64,000 nucleotides of DNA from an uncultured delta proteobacterium (GTDB taxonomy: Bacteria; Myxococcota_A; Polyangia; Polyangiales; Houyiibacteriaceae), in contig CAVOVB010000001.1 of NCBI GenBank assembly GCA_963699755.1, positions 32,001 through 96,000 on the forward strand, in the 5' to 3' direction. Of this stretch, positions 30,026 to 40,303 are shown one piece after another. The notes below the pieces were generated by a model, which did not search any database, was not told the DNA's origin, and worked only from the letters and a program-made list of their open reading frames with translations. The position numbers and the translations under genes were made by a program. Positions within the stretch are counted from its first letter, which is position 1; each line of letters begins with the position of its first letter.

Positions 30026-30640
30026 TCAGAGCCAGTCGATTTCGGCGGCGGTGAAGCCGTCCGATTTGAGGAGCATGTAGCGGTAGCGGTAAATCTCGTC
30101 GCCGCGTTTCCAATCCGCATTGGCCTCATTGATGCGCCGGATGGTTCGGTTTTTCCGCTCTTTGAGCGGTTTGCCCCGGCATTGGTCGTTGTGCGCATGG
30201 GTGACGTTTGCGCCTTGGAGCCAGGTCTTCACGAGCTTGAAAGATTTGGTGCCGCGCTGGACCGGTGTCACGTCCGAGACTCGGTGCGAGATTTTCTCGA
30301 TGGAGAAGAGGCGTATGAAGTACGTGCGGCCGGCCACGAGGTCGGCGTCGACCCGGTGGTTGTTATAGCCCGAGATGTAGAGCGTTTGCTTCCCGGGTCT
30401 CATGGGGATGACTTCGGCCTGACGGCCGCCCACCTCGGCGATGCATTGCCTGTCCTCGTCGAAAACCAGGTAGCTCATCGTCCGGTCCTCGCGAAGGTTC
30501 TGGATGAAGACGAGGAGCGCTTCGGATTGGGGCGCAACGAAGGCAGACCTGTCGTACGCGGCGGCCGGACGCGGGCTCAGTCCGGAGCTGAGCGCGGCCA
30601 GCAGGAGCGCAAGCCACGAGACCTTGTGCTTATGTTTCAC
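30026..30640 (-). CDS. Secreted hypothetical protein (DUF2846-like), paralog of 35365
   Basis: Signal peptide; ALLVF, PGKQ, LVAGRTY, DGFTAAE. Confidence 0.7.
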   Translation of the reverse strand: MKHKHKVSWLALLLAALSSGLSPRPAAAYDRSAFVAPQSEALLVFIQNLREDRTMSYLVFDEDRQCIAEVGGRQAEVIPMRPGKQTLYISGYNNHRVDADLVAGRTYFIRLFSIEKISHRVSDVTPVQRGTKSFKLVKTWLQGANVTHAHNDQCRGKPLKERKNRTIRRINEANADWKRGDEIYRYRYMLLKSDGFTAAEIDWL

Positions 30641-30859
30641 TTCGTGCTCTTGTTAGGGCGCAATATCGGAGTGGCAGGTGACGTTGGTGCAACGCGTTTT
30701 GGTGCATGCGCCATCGGTGGCATCGACGCAAATTTCGACTGGGTTGGGCCGGTCACAGATCTAGGTCGCGTTTTGGCCGACGACGCTCCCGCCCCATCCA
30801 CACGAAGCAAGCGCAATCAAGCCGAGAAGTCTCATCGCCTCCCCTTGTAACCGCATTCG

Positions 30860-31627
30860 CTATCCGTAGTCGACGATAACCGGCGCATGGTCTGAGAAAC
30901 GCGGTTCGCGGGCAATCGATGCGCCGCGGACGCACTCGCCGATGCCGGGCGTGACGACCTGGTAGTCGAGTCGCCAGCCGATGTTGCGTTCGCGGGTCGT
31001 CGGGTGGCGAAGGGACCACCAGCTGTACTGACCGGCCTCGGCGTTGACTTGCCGAAACGCGTCGACGAAACCAATGGGCCCGAACACCTGGTCGAGCCAG
31101 GCGCGCTCTTCGGGCAGGAAGCCGGAGCTCTTCTGGTTGGCTTTGTGGTTCGCGAGGTCGATTTCCCTGTGCGCGACGTTCCAGTCGCCGCACAGGATGC
31201 AATGGCGGCCGCTCGCCGAGAGGTCGGCAAGGTGTGCGGAGAAGGCCTCGATGAATCGGAACTTGGCCGCCAGCCGCACTTCGCCGCTGGTGCCCGCCGG
31301 CACGTACACCGACGCCACGCTCACATCGCCGAAGCGGGCCTCGATGTAGCGCCCCTCCGGATCGAACTCGGCGGAGCCAAAGCCATAAATCACCTCGTCG
31401 GGCTCAACGCGCGTGAAGAGCGCCACGCCGCTGTGCCCTTTTCGCTGGCCCGGTTCGTAAAAGCCTCGGTACCCGACAGGCGCCAGCTCGGCCTCGGACA
31501 GTTGCTCAGGCCGCGCCTTGATTTCCTGGATGCAGACGAAGTCCGCGTCCTGCTCGACCAGCCAGTCGTAAAGACCTTTGCGCACTGCCGCGCGAAGGCC
31601 GTTGACGTTGAGGGTGAGGACCCGCAT
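30860..31627 (-). CDS. xth: Exodeoxyribonuclease III
   Basis: NVNGLRA, QEIK, GDWNVAH, GWRLDY, SDHAP. Confidence 0.95.
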   Translation of the reverse strand: MRVLTLNVNGLRAAVRKGLYDWLVEQDADFVCIQEIKARPEQLSEAELAPVGYRGFYEPGQRKGHSGVALFTRVEPDEVIYGFGSAEFDPEGRYIEARFGDVSVASVYVPAGTSGEVRLAAKFRFIEAFSAHLADLSASGRHCILCGDWNVAHREIDLANHKANQKSSGFLPEERAWLDQVFGPIGFVDAFRQVNAEAGQYSWWSLRHPTTRERNIGWRLDYQVVTPGIGECVRGASIAREPRFSDHAPVIVDYG

Positions 31628-31911
31628 CGAAGCGGCGCAACGCTAGCACAGATCCGAGGCCGCAGACCCGCGCCTACTTGCAGTCCTTGCCCTTGGGCGT
31701 CGGACCTTCCTGGCAGTGCCCGTCTTTGTCTTTGTCCTTATCTTTGTCCTTGCCGGAGTCGGAGTCTCCATGATCATCGTCACAGTCGCAGCGGCTGCCA
31801 GTGCGCACAGCGAGCGTACCCAATTGGAACTACGATGACCCTGCCGAATCGCCTCGGGGCAGCGAGCCGGCTCGTCCAATGTAAGCCGCCTCATATGCTG
31901 CGCGTGCAATC

Positions 31912-33243
31912 CTACGGGGGTACTGCTCTACCGAGCTTCAGCACCTCCGCGATCAGCTCCGCGGTGAGCGCGTTGCGTTCCGCAATCGTCCAGAAATTCT
32001 TGTACGGACCCACATCCATCACCGGGCTCGCGTGGTCACCCGGCGGCATCTCCCGATGAATCGCTCCGGGCAAGCGCGTGCTCTCGCTCGGCACGAGGCC
32101 GTCGTTGGGCAGGTCCAAGACCCCGTCCATGTACAGGTTCGTCATGTCGGCGAGCCCTAGAGTCGCCACCGCATCACCGAGAGCGCTCGAGGTTTTCTCA
32201 CGCACGACCCGGATGGCGGCGCTCGTAGACGCGGCAAGCACACGCGGGATGTCGCGGGGCGTGTCGCTGTAGTTGCGCACGACAATCCGACTGATTTCGG
32301 ACACCATGCCTGCGTTGAAGATGCCGCTTGCGAACGCTGCGGCAAAACCGGTCACCGTGCCATTGGCTTGGTAGGTCGAGTACGCCGAGATGACGGGGAT
32401 GCTGGCGGTCAGGGCCGCGATCCGCTCCGCGTTCGCTTGCATGTAGGGCGCGCGCGTCTCGGTTTCCAAATCGCGCGCTGATTGTCCGTTCCCGCCAAGA
32501 ACCTCGAGCAAGAAGTCGTTGGCGACGGCAAACCTCGGGTCGGCTGCCGGCGAGCCGTGAAAGGGAGCCTGGAGGGCAACCCAGCCGATGACGGTTTCTC
32601 CCCAGAGCTCCGGCGCAGCGATGAGCGCATGGAGTGTGTCGAGGCCGCCCTTGCTGTGCGAGACGATGATGACCTTCTCGTTCGTCGTGCGCAGAACCTT
32701 CAAAATCGCGGCGGCGTTGTGCTCGACGCTTTCAGAGGTATCAAAGGCCTCCGAGACGAGCGAGACATTTCGATAGTCGACCCCGCGGGCCTCGAAGTCG
32801 CGCATCTGTGTGTAGAAAGAGATGAAGCCGCCGGGCTGTATTGGAAGGTCGACCCGGGGAAGGGCGTCCGCAATCGCGTCTCCAATCGGAAGGTCGATGC
32901 TCTGGTCGAAGGGCAAGTCGATGTGCACGTTGAGTGCGCGCGCGGAGCTTTGGAGCGCGTCGTTGATTTCATCCTCGAGGTTGAGGCTCAGCTCTTCGTA
33001 GAGCTCGGAGAGGAAGCCGCCGATGAACAGCACTTGTTGCCCCTCTCCCAAGATGAGCGGTGCCATGGCCCCGGTGGCGCTGAGGCCGCCCATGCCGCCG
33101 GTGCCGCCCTGCCCCGCTTCGCCGCCGCTGCCTGTGGCGCCATGAGCGCAACCGACCGAGGAACGACTGCATGCGCCCATGCCCACGGTTCCGAGAATCA
33201 AAGCGAGCAAGGGCGGGAAGAGATATCGGGGTGGAGCCGCCAT
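31912..33243 (-). CDS. Lipase-like alpha/beta hydrolase lipoprotein
   Basis: MGAC lipobox, SHSKGG, PFHGSP, NDGLVP, GDH. Confidence 0.8.
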   Translation of the reverse strand: MAAPPRYLFPPLLALILGTVGMGACSRSSVGCAHGATGSGGEAGQGGTGGMGGLSATGAMAPLILGEGQQVLFIGGFLSELYEELSLNLEDEINDALQSSARALNVHIDLPFDQSIDLPIGDAIADALPRVDLPIQPGGFISFYTQMRDFEARGVDYRNVSLVSEAFDTSESVEHNAAAILKVLRTTNEKVIIVSHSKGGLDTLHALIAAPELWGETVIGWVALQAPFHGSPAADPRFAVANDFLLEVLGGNGQSARDLETETRAPYMQANAERIAALTASIPVISAYSTYQANGTVTGFAAAFASGIFNAGMVSEISRIVVRNYSDTPRDIPRVLAASTSAAIRVVREKTSSALGDAVATLGLADMTNLYMDGVLDLPNDGLVPSESTRLPGAIHREMPPGDHASPVMDVGPYKNFWTIAERNALTAELIAEVLKLGRAVPP

Positions 33244-33373
33244 TCTCGTTTTCCAGGCAAGCGCGACGCGCACGGGTCCTATGCGAGCGGTCTTCTGTGG
33301 GGCGGAGCCTATGCGGGCGCCCTATTGGTTTCAAGACGAGCCAGCGAATCCTCTGCAGGGGCCGGCAACAAGC

Positions 33374-35218
33374 CTAGAGGCGATTGAGGTATCGAATTGC
33401 TTCGGCTGCGTCGGTACGGAGGCACGCGTTGGTGTTGACCTTGCGCTTGATGATGCCGCCCTCTGTGCGGATGCGCTTTCGGGCCTTGCGCAATGCTGGA
33501 ATTGCCTTCTTGTTTCCAAGGGCGCGAAGGTTTGCCACGGCCTCTTTGCGTGCGAAGCAGTCTTCACCCTGCTCGAGGTCGAGCATATACGAGCCAAAGC
33601 GGTCGACCTGGTCGCCGAGGCCGACCTCGTCGGCGACGCTCATCGCCTTGTGTCGGCGACGCGCCACCTTGGATGAGGAAGCGAGGTCGATGAGCTGGTC
33701 GGCAGCCGTCGCGTCGTCCGCCACCGAGACGAGCATCCCCAGGAGCTCGATTGCGTCGTCGACGACGCCTGGTGCATTCTTGTCGAGGATGAGCGCGACA
33801 TTGGTGCGCATGAGCTTGTCGTTGGCGAGCTTGGGTTCGAGCCTGACCGCTTTGTCGTAGGCGGCAAGCGCGAGAACGCTGTGCTGGGAGGCGGCCTGGG
33901 CATGGCCGAGCACCATTTGCGCATAGGGCTCCTCGCGAACTTCCTGCCCATGATCCATGAGGTACTTCACCGCTTCGTTCGGCCGACCTTGCGCAAGCAT
34001 GTCGGCTGCCGCTTTGGCCTCCGGGCCGTATGCCGTGGGCCCAATCGGCAGGAGCGCGCCCTTTGGAAGATAGTTTGGACCCTTGCTGCCAAACGCGAAG
34101 GCGCTCATGGAAATCGCAGCGATGACGAGAAGCGCGGCGCCAACGATCCGTTTGGCGGGCCTCTTGTGCTTCTTCTTGCCGTCGGTTCGGGCGCCTGGAG
34201 ACCTGAGCTTGCCGCGGACGCCTTCGGCAACCAGCGCCGGAATCGCGCGAAGCCCAGACTGGCTGTTGCCCTCTGCGAGCATGATTGCGTCGATGCGTTT
34301 AATGTACTCGGCCGCGCTGCCGATGCGGTCGTCCGCCTTCTTCGCGAGTCCGTGGCGAATCAAGGCTTCGACGGCGTCTGGGATCTCGAGGTCGGGCGCG
34401 GCCTCGATGAATCGCGGAACCTCCGCTGAGACGTGCATGCGCAGGAGGCTGCCAACGTCATCGGCGTCAAAGGGCGGCACGCCGGTGAGCATCTCGTACA
34501 TCATGACCGACAGCGAGTAGAGGTCTGCGCGCCCGTCGATCGCCTCCGCATAGGCCTGTTCGGGCGCGATGTACGTGGGCGTGCCGATGGTGACGCCGTG
34601 CTGGGTGAGCTTGGCGTCGGCGCCTAGCGGGCTGGTATCGTCGTCTTTGTTCGCGCCGTCGTCGTGAAGCTTGGCGATGCCGAAATCGAGGATCTTGGCA
34701 AAGTCCGGATCGCCGTCCTGCTCGACTAGAATTACGTTCTCGGGCTTGACGTCGCGATGAATGATTCCTGCACCGTGTGCGTACTCGAGCGCGCTCAGAA
34801 CGTGACGCCCGATGTGCAGCACGCGCTTCCACTCGAGCCGCTCCTCGCGCACGAGCAAGTCGAAGAGCAACACGCCGTCGAGCAACTCGAGGACCATGTA
34901 GAAGGTGCCGTCGGCAAATCTCCCGAAATCCGAGACATTGACACAATTCGGGTGGTCGACGCGCCCGATGGCGAATGCCTCCCGCTCAAAGCGCTTGGCG
35001 ACCTCGTCGATCTCGCCGACCTCGGGGTGCAGCAGCTTGAGCGCCAGGGGACGTTGAATCGACACGTGCTCGGCGAGGTAGACGCAGCCCATCCCGCCGG
35101 AGCCGAGGATCCCGGTAATGCGGTAGCGAGAATCCAGGACATCGCCGATCCGCGGTATCTGAGAATCCGAGGCAGGCGGAAGCGTGGACGCCCGCTCTCC
35201 CCCTTTTGAAGTACGCAC
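33374..35218 (-). CDS. Membrane Ser/Thr protein kinase with C-terminal TPR/HEAT region
   Basis: GSGGMG, ALK, HRDVKPEN, DFG, APE; central TM segment. Confidence 0.93.
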   Translation of the reverse strand: MRTSKGGERASTLPPASDSQIPRIGDVLDSRYRITGILGSGGMGCVYLAEHVSIQRPLALKLLHPEVGEIDEVAKRFEREAFAIGRVDHPNCVNVSDFGRFADGTFYMVLELLDGVLLFDLLVREERLEWKRVLHIGRHVLSALEYAHGAGIIHRDVKPENVILVEQDGDPDFAKILDFGIAKLHDDGANKDDDTSPLGADAKLTQHGVTIGTPTYIAPEQAYAEAIDGRADLYSLSVMMYEMLTGVPPFDADDVGSLLRMHVSAEVPRFIEAAPDLEIPDAVEALIRHGLAKKADDRIGSAAEYIKRIDAIMLAEGNSQSGLRAIPALVAEGVRGKLRSPGARTDGKKKHKRPAKRIVGAALLVIAAISMSAFAFGSKGPNYLPKGALLPIGPTAYGPEAKAAADMLAQGRPNEAVKYLMDHGQEVREEPYAQMVLGHAQAASQHSVLALAAYDKAVRLEPKLANDKLMRTNVALILDKNAPGVVDDAIELLGMLVSVADDATAADQLIDLASSSKVARRRHKAMSVADEVGLGDQVDRFGSYMLDLEQGEDCFARKEAVANLRALGNKKAIPALRKARKRIRTEGGIIKRKVNTNACLRTDAAEAIRYLNRL

Positions 35219-35364
35219 CGCTACAGTATTGCCAAAAAATCAGGGTATTGCCTGCATCACTGTGCCCAAAGCCAATCGGCGCGCAAGGATGCGGAAAGAC
35301 TCGGATCCGCCTGGTTGCTCGGATCGCAACATGCGAGATAGGTCACAAGATGAAGCGCTGCACG

Positions 35365-35985
35365 ATGAGAGCCCCTTCCGCACAAGCGGTGCTGCTATGG
35401 GCGCTGCTCACGACCGGCTCGGCGTCCGAAGCGCAAAGCCCGAGGCTTGTGGATGCCCGCTATGTGGCACCGGCCGATCAGGCGCTCGTGGTCTTCTTGC
35501 GCCCGCGGCGGAGACAAGCGAGCCAGGCGACGATCCGCATCGTCAACCAGGCTGGCGCCTGCATTGCCCTGCTGGAGAATGCCTGGCAGATGGCCGCGCC
35601 GATCTGGCCGGGCAAGCAGATGCTCATGGTCGTCACCGGTACCGCGCCCCCGACCGTCCAACTCATGGAGGTCAAGCTCAGCGCAGGCAAAACCTACGTG
35701 GTCAAGCTGCGTACACGCGTGAACGCGAAGAGCCCGGTCGAAATCGACATCCTCCGTCGAGCCGACCAGGCGCTCGAGGCATTCCCTCCTGCTGTCCGTG
35801 AGCTCGCGCCGGCAAAGCCCGACTTGCGGAAATGCACCGAATGGGTTTCGTGGAAGGGCGGAAAGATCGAGTCACGAGCAGCGCAGGCCAAGGCCAAGTG
35901 GGACCAGGCGAGCGACGAGCAGCGAGAGGCGTATACCTTGCATCGCAACGACGGTTGGACGGCGGCCGAAGTGCGGGGACCCTAG
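35365..35985 (+). CDS. Secreted hypothetical protein, paralog of 30026
   Basis: ALVVF, PGKQ, LSAGKTY, DGWTAAE; start uncertain (35350 or 35365). Confidence 0.65.
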   Translation: MRAPSAQAVLLWALLTTGSASEAQSPRLVDARYVAPADQALVVFLRPRRRQASQATIRIVNQAGACIALLENAWQMAAPIWPGKQMLMVVTGTAPPTVQLMEVKLSAGKTYVVKLRTRVNAKSPVEIDILRRADQALEAFPPAVRELAPAKPDLRKCTEWVSWKGGKIESRAAQAKAKWDQASDEQREAYTLHRNDGWTAAEVRGP

Positions 35986-36208
35986 CCTCAAGCCTCTAAT
36001 ATCATGGTTGAATTCGTCACAACCGGCCCTTCGAGCAGTGTCTAACCCTTGCAGCACCCGAGGGGACTAGGCTATGGAGTCGGCGCGTTGGTCACTCACG
36101 ATCGACTCAATCGGGGATAGGGCAAGCGGGGTCAGGGTGCCGGCACGATGACGATGTCGTCCGACTGGCCCGGGACTTCACGAGAGTGACGCGAAAATGG
36201 AGGAACCT

Positions 36209-36850
36209 GTGAAATCGAAGCAAATGATTGTGGCCTTGTTGGCCGCGCTCGTGGTCGTAAGCGGAATGCTCGGCTGCAAGAAGGATGACACCGCCGTCAA
36301 GGCGCTCCAGGAGCTGACGAACCAGCAGCTCGAAGCCGCGAAGGCGACGAACGAAGAGCTCACCAAGCTCGCCGAAGAGATTGAGATCTGCCAGGCGGAC
36401 GTCGCCAAGACCAAGGGCGAGGCCGCAATCATCAAGACCAAGGACGTCACTGTGGAGACCCCGGAGCTGGTTGGCGAGGCGAGCGTCGAGTCGCTCGAGG
36501 CACTCAAGGCGGCGCTCGCGGAGACGACGAAGAAGCAAGCCACTGCGCTGAGCGAGCTCAAGGCCGCGCAGGAAGCCTGTGCATCTGATTTGACCGCAGC
36601 CAAGGAAGCAGCCGAAGCGGCTGCAGCGGAAGCCGCGGAAGCAGCCGAAGCAGCCGAAGCGGAAGCCGAGGCTGCCGCAGCGGACGCCAAAGCGGCTGAG
36701 GAAGCTGCGAAGAAGAAGGCCGCCGCAGCCCGCGCGAAAAAGAAAGCCGCAGAGGCAAAGGCCAAAGCAGAGGCACCGCCGAAGTCAAAAGCCGTAGAGA
36801 AAGCACAAGAACAGGGCAAAGCGACCAAGGGCGTCGGCAGCCGCTACTGA
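36209..36850 (+). CDS. Ala/Lys/Glu-rich coiled-coil lipoprotein
   Basis: MLGC lipobox; RBS GGAGGA before GTG 36209. Confidence 0.75.
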   Translation: MKSKQMIVALLAALVVVSGMLGCKKDDTAVKALQELTNQQLEAAKATNEELTKLAEEIEICQADVAKTKGEAAIIKTKDVTVETPELVGEASVESLEALKAALAETTKKQATALSELKAAQEACASDLTAAKEAAEAAAAEAAEAAEAAEAEAEAAAADAKAAEEAAKKKAAAARAKKKAAEAKAKAEAPPKSKAVEKAQEQGKATKGVGSRY

Positions 36851-36879
36851 TTCGGATAGATTGAAAGAGGGAGAGACTG

Positions 36880-37449
36880 ATGAAAAGAATATTCTTGCTC
36901 ACTGCAATTGCTGCGACGCTCATATCGGCCTGTGATTCCACCGACACCACTGGTCCGACCAACTGGACAAGCGACGATCTTGCGATCGTGGGCACAGATG
37001 AATGCGGTTTCTTCACCCCGGGTGAGGAGCTGCGTGCCGTGATCACCGTCGTTGGGAGCACGGTCACGATGGTGGTGCAGTCCGTCGCCAATCCGGAGGC
37101 CGAGTTCGAGCTGACGACCGACAGCTACGATCCAATGGACAACGAGGTCCTCGTCACTGGTCTCTCGGTGAATACCGACTTCGATCCCTGCGTGGTCCAG
37201 CTCGACGACGCGATGCGCCTGACGCTCGCGGATCCCGACCTGAGCCTCGAGGAGCAGGACTCACTCGCGGTCGTCTGGAACCACGCCGAAGAAGACATCA
37301 GCAGCGCCTACGACAACGCGTGCTCTCTCGATGAGAACGGCGATCCTCTCGTAGATGAGAATGATGATCCGATCATTCTCTGGCTCAACGAGCTTCCGTG
37401 CTCGGGTCAAGCGAACCTCACGCTGACGTTGGAACAAGCCGGACAATAA
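36880..37449 (+). CDS. Acidic hypothetical lipoprotein
   Basis: ISAC lipobox; RBS GAGG. Confidence 0.7.
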   Translation: MKRIFLLTAIAATLISACDSTDTTGPTNWTSDDLAIVGTDECGFFTPGEELRAVITVVGSTVTMVVQSVANPEAEFELTTDSYDPMDNEVLVTGLSVNTDFDPCVVQLDDAMRLTLADPDLSLEEQDSLAVVWNHAEEDISSAYDNACSLDENGDPLVDENDDPIILWLNELPCSGQANLTLTLEQAGQ

Positions 37450-37461
37450 GCGTCGGCACGA

Positions 37462-38238
37462 CTAGCGCTGAAGCCGCCATTGCCCCGCGGCGGGCCCAAA
37501 GCCCGTCGCGAGGCGGCCCAGCGACTCGACCGACACCCAGGCCGTCCCTTCGATTTTATAGGGGATGGTGAACTCTGGAACCTGGCCCTTCTTGATTCGC
37601 TCGAGCTCGCCTTTGCCGAGCTGCCGAATCAGGCCGACCATTTGGACGGGGTCGAGCCCCAGGCGGACCACCATTTTCATTTGGTCGTTGGGCGGCACCG
37701 TGCGGACCCGTAAGTCGCTGAGCTTGCGTTCGCCGAGCGCGGTCGAGAGCAGGAACCCCGTGGCCGCGTTGGCGAAGTCGCGGATGTCCCGAATCTCGGG
37801 CTCGTCCGACCGGCACGCGTTTGCGTCCTGTCTGCAGTTGTTGGGGTCCTCGCAGAAGGTCAGGCATACGGCGCCTAGGTTTTGCACGTCTTGCGCCTCG
37901 GGGAAGGCGGTGAACGCGAAGAGCGTCTGCACCAGAGGCAGGGGCACCTTGCTCGCGTTTGCGAGCGCCAGCTCCACGTCGAAGGCGAAGTGGATGTCCG
38001 AGGGCTTGGGCACCGGCCCGAACGGCCGACAGATCAGCGGGCCGAGGTACTGCGCGCAGTAATAGCTCGCCAGGTCGCGACTGGAGGGCATCTCGGCCAT
38101 GCGGACCGATGCAATGCTCACTTTCGGGGGCTTTACGTTGGGAATTTTCGAGCCCGTGCCCGAAAGGCCGAGCGCGGCGCAACTCAAGAGGGGCAGCAGG
38201 AGCAGCCCGAGGAGAACGCGTGCTCTGGTTTGCTTCAT
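37462..38238 (-). CDS. LEA-2-like lipoprotein
   Basis: LLSC lipobox; PKVSIASV...ELALAN...IPYKIEG. Confidence 0.65.
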   Translation of the reverse strand: MKQTRARVLLGLLLLPLLSCAALGLSGTGSKIPNVKPPKVSIASVRMAEMPSSRDLASYYCAQYLGPLICRPFGPVPKPSDIHFAFDVELALANASKVPLPLVQTLFAFTAFPEAQDVQNLGAVCLTFCEDPNNCRQDANACRSDEPEIRDIRDFANAATGFLLSTALGERKLSDLRVRTVPPNDQMKMVVRLGLDPVQMVGLIRQLGKGELERIKKGQVPEFTIPYKIEGTAWVSVESLGRLATGFGPAAGQWRLQR

Positions 38239-39263
38239 GGTGCGTCCGACAGGTTCCAGCGCTTCATAGCACGTCGGAAGCTGCGGACATTCGTGTACCC
38301 GGCATGACGCATGATTTCGTCCGCTGGCTGGTTGCGCTCCACGCAGCCGACGAGAATCGACTTGCGGGTGGCGTCCATCAAGGCACGGAAACTCGTGTCG
38401 TCGTCTTGGAGGCGTCGCTGCAAGGTTCGCGGCGTCATGTGAAGCGCCGCCGCCACCGCCTCGATGTTCGATTGGCCTCGAGGGAGCAGTTGCTTCATGC
38501 GGTCGCGAACGGTGTCGATGAACGTATGCGAATCGAGGGAAGCGTGCAGCCCTGCGGCGACGCCGCGAAGCTGGCCGTGGAGGGCCTGATTTCCATGCGC
38601 GAGCGGCAGGGCCCAGGCCCGATCGTCGACGAGAATCGCCGTCTTTTGTTGACCGAACAAGACGGAGCATCCAAACGCACGCGTGTACTTCTGGATGTTG
38701 CCGCGATATGCGTGCTCGAAGTGAACCTCGCGCGCCGTGAAGCTCCCGGCGGTCGCAAAGCGCAACACCTTCATCACGATGACGGCGAGGAACTCGAGCT
38801 CGTGCACAGTCACGGGAAGCTCGTGCTCGACCTTGTTCAGCTGGAGCAGATGGTGTTCGGGGTGCTCGCCGAGTGTGAGCACGCGACCGTGCGACAACAA
38901 TTCTTGGTAACGCAGGCTCGCCTCGAGGCCCTCGCCGACGGTTTCAGCGCTGGTCAGCAGCAAAATGACCAAATGGTCCGCGCGCGCCTGCCAGAGCTCG
39001 GCGGCGCTGAGCCCGAGATGCCGGTCGCCGGTCTTTGCGAGCGCCGCCCGCCAGAACCTGCCCAGCGCATCACGCGGCGGGCGGCCCGAGGTATCCGTGA
39101 AAATGGCGAGATCGGCCCCGATCTCCTCGCAGAGCGCCTCGACATCGAGGCCCAGCGCCTCGAACGCGTTCACCACGCCACGAGCCCAGGCACCGGAGAC
39201 CCTGAGGCCGGAATGGATGTTGGCTTTTCCTGGTGAATCGATCACGGGTTGCCATCGATCCAC
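38235..39263 (-). CDS. AraC family regulator
   Basis: LHMTPRTLQRRL, GYTNVRSFRRAMKRW. Confidence 0.88.
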   Translation of the reverse strand: MDRWQPVIDSPGKANIHSGLRVSGAWARGVVNAFEALGLDVEALCEEIGADLAIFTDTSGRPPRDALGRFWRAALAKTGDRHLGLSAAELWQARADHLVILLLTSAETVGEGLEASLRYQELLSHGRVLTLGEHPEHHLLQLNKVEHELPVTVHELEFLAVIVMKVLRFATAGSFTAREVHFEHAYRGNIQKYTRAFGCSVLFGQQKTAILVDDRAWALPLAHGNQALHGQLRGVAAGLHASLDSHTFIDTVRDRMKQLLPRGQSNIEAVAAALHMTPRTLQRRLQDDDTSFRALMDATRKSILVGCVERNQPADEIMRHAGYTNVRSFRRAMKRWNLSDAP

Positions 39264-39383
39264 AAGGGCTGCCGAATTACAAGCCCGAGGGGTGAAGTAT
39301 TACAAATCATGGCGCGATCGGTACCTGCTTTTGTCGCCGCCGATACGCAAACCACGGTTAGCGTCCAACTTGTCATTCGGTGC

Positions 39384-39483
39384 GAGGCGGGCACCAGCGG
39401 CACGGAACGCGGGGCAATGGATGAGCCCACCATCCCATCCAGAGTCAGGCGAAACCGCGTTCCCGGAAGCTGGTGCCCGTCTT
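39384..39483. other. 100-nt imperfect intergenic hairpin (candidate sRNA or MITE)
   Basis: GCGGGCACCAGC/GCTGGTGCCCGT, GGAACGCGG/CCGCGTTCC, TGGATG/CATCCA nested stems. Confidence 0.55.
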
Positions 39484-39522
39484 GGCCTCCCCACGATGGC
39501 AGAGCCCGTTGATAGAAGCCGG

Positions 39523-40152
39523 TTAGCGCTCGAGCGCGCTAGCCGGTTTCGCTTTGTCCCTCGAGAGGCCGTGAAACTGCGTCCGTTCGATCCAGTCGAG
39601 GGCCTCTATCTCGAGGGTTTGCGGCGGGGCATCGGGATCGAAGCGGTAGGCGAAGTAGCCGACGTGCGTCTGCTCTCCCGCTTCGAAGCGTGGGTGGATG
39701 CTCCTCACCTGCGTGCCGTCTTGGGTGACGCCGACGACATCGACCTCGACCCAGGTTCCGGGGCTCAGCTCTTCTTCGTTCGGCTGAAGAAGCTCGATGC
39801 CCACGATCTCGTCTTTGCAGACCGCTTCAAAGGCGAGGACGATGGGCTCGTCCTCGTCATCCCCGCCGAGCTCGAGCCGCTGGGGTCCAGGCGAGAGCTC
39901 TAGCTCGATCAAGCGATCCGTTGGCTCTTTCTCCCCTCCGGGGCCTCGATGAGAAACGAGGACGTGCTGCCGGCCTGCGAGGATTCGTTGATCCGACAGG
40001 ACCTCGACCAGATAGCCGTCCGGCTCGCTGAGCAAGACGGCAAATGAATCCCGTTCGACGAGCTCGACGCCCGATTCCAGAGAATCCTCGCAGGCCGAGA
40101 CAGCCAGCAACGCAAGGCCGGCTCCAAGAAGAAACAAAGCACCTCTAAGCAT
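39523..40152 (-). CDS. Hypothetical lipoprotein
   Basis: VSAC lipobox. Confidence 0.6.
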   Translation of the reverse strand: MLRGALFLLGAGLALLAVSACEDSLESGVELVERDSFAVLLSEPDGYLVEVLSDQRILAGRQHVLVSHRGPGGEKEPTDRLIELELSPGPQRLELGGDDEDEPIVLAFEAVCKDEIVGIELLQPNEEELSPGTWVEVDVVGVTQDGTQVRSIHPRFEAGEQTHVGYFAYRFDPDAPPQTLEIEALDWIERTQFHGLSRDKAKPASALER

Positions 40153-40188
40153 GGCAACACCTTTCGAAGCCCGGACGAGCTCAAACGG

Positions 40189-40204
40189 TGCAACGCTCGT
40201 GCCA
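40189..40204 (-). promoter_or_regulatory. sigma54 promoter
   Basis: TGGCAC-GAGCG-TTGCA, consensus match 36 nt upstream of ATG 40152. Confidence 0.7.
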
Positions 40205-40303
40205 ATGCTCGGTCCCTACAATATACTCCGCGTGACGATTTCGACGCGCTGCGTCTGTCGCAGGAACACCACGCAATCGTGAAGCTCAGTCACAACGGTG
40301 AAT

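Noticed and set aside
31674..31900. Minus-strand frame ending CDCDDDHGDSDSGKDKDKDKDKDGHC...
   Set aside because: Probably a gene tail remnant, but it has an internal stop and no assignable family or start
39384..39483. SRP RNA, 6S RNA or tRNA
   Set aside because: No SRP helix-8 motif, too short for 6S, no cloverleaf
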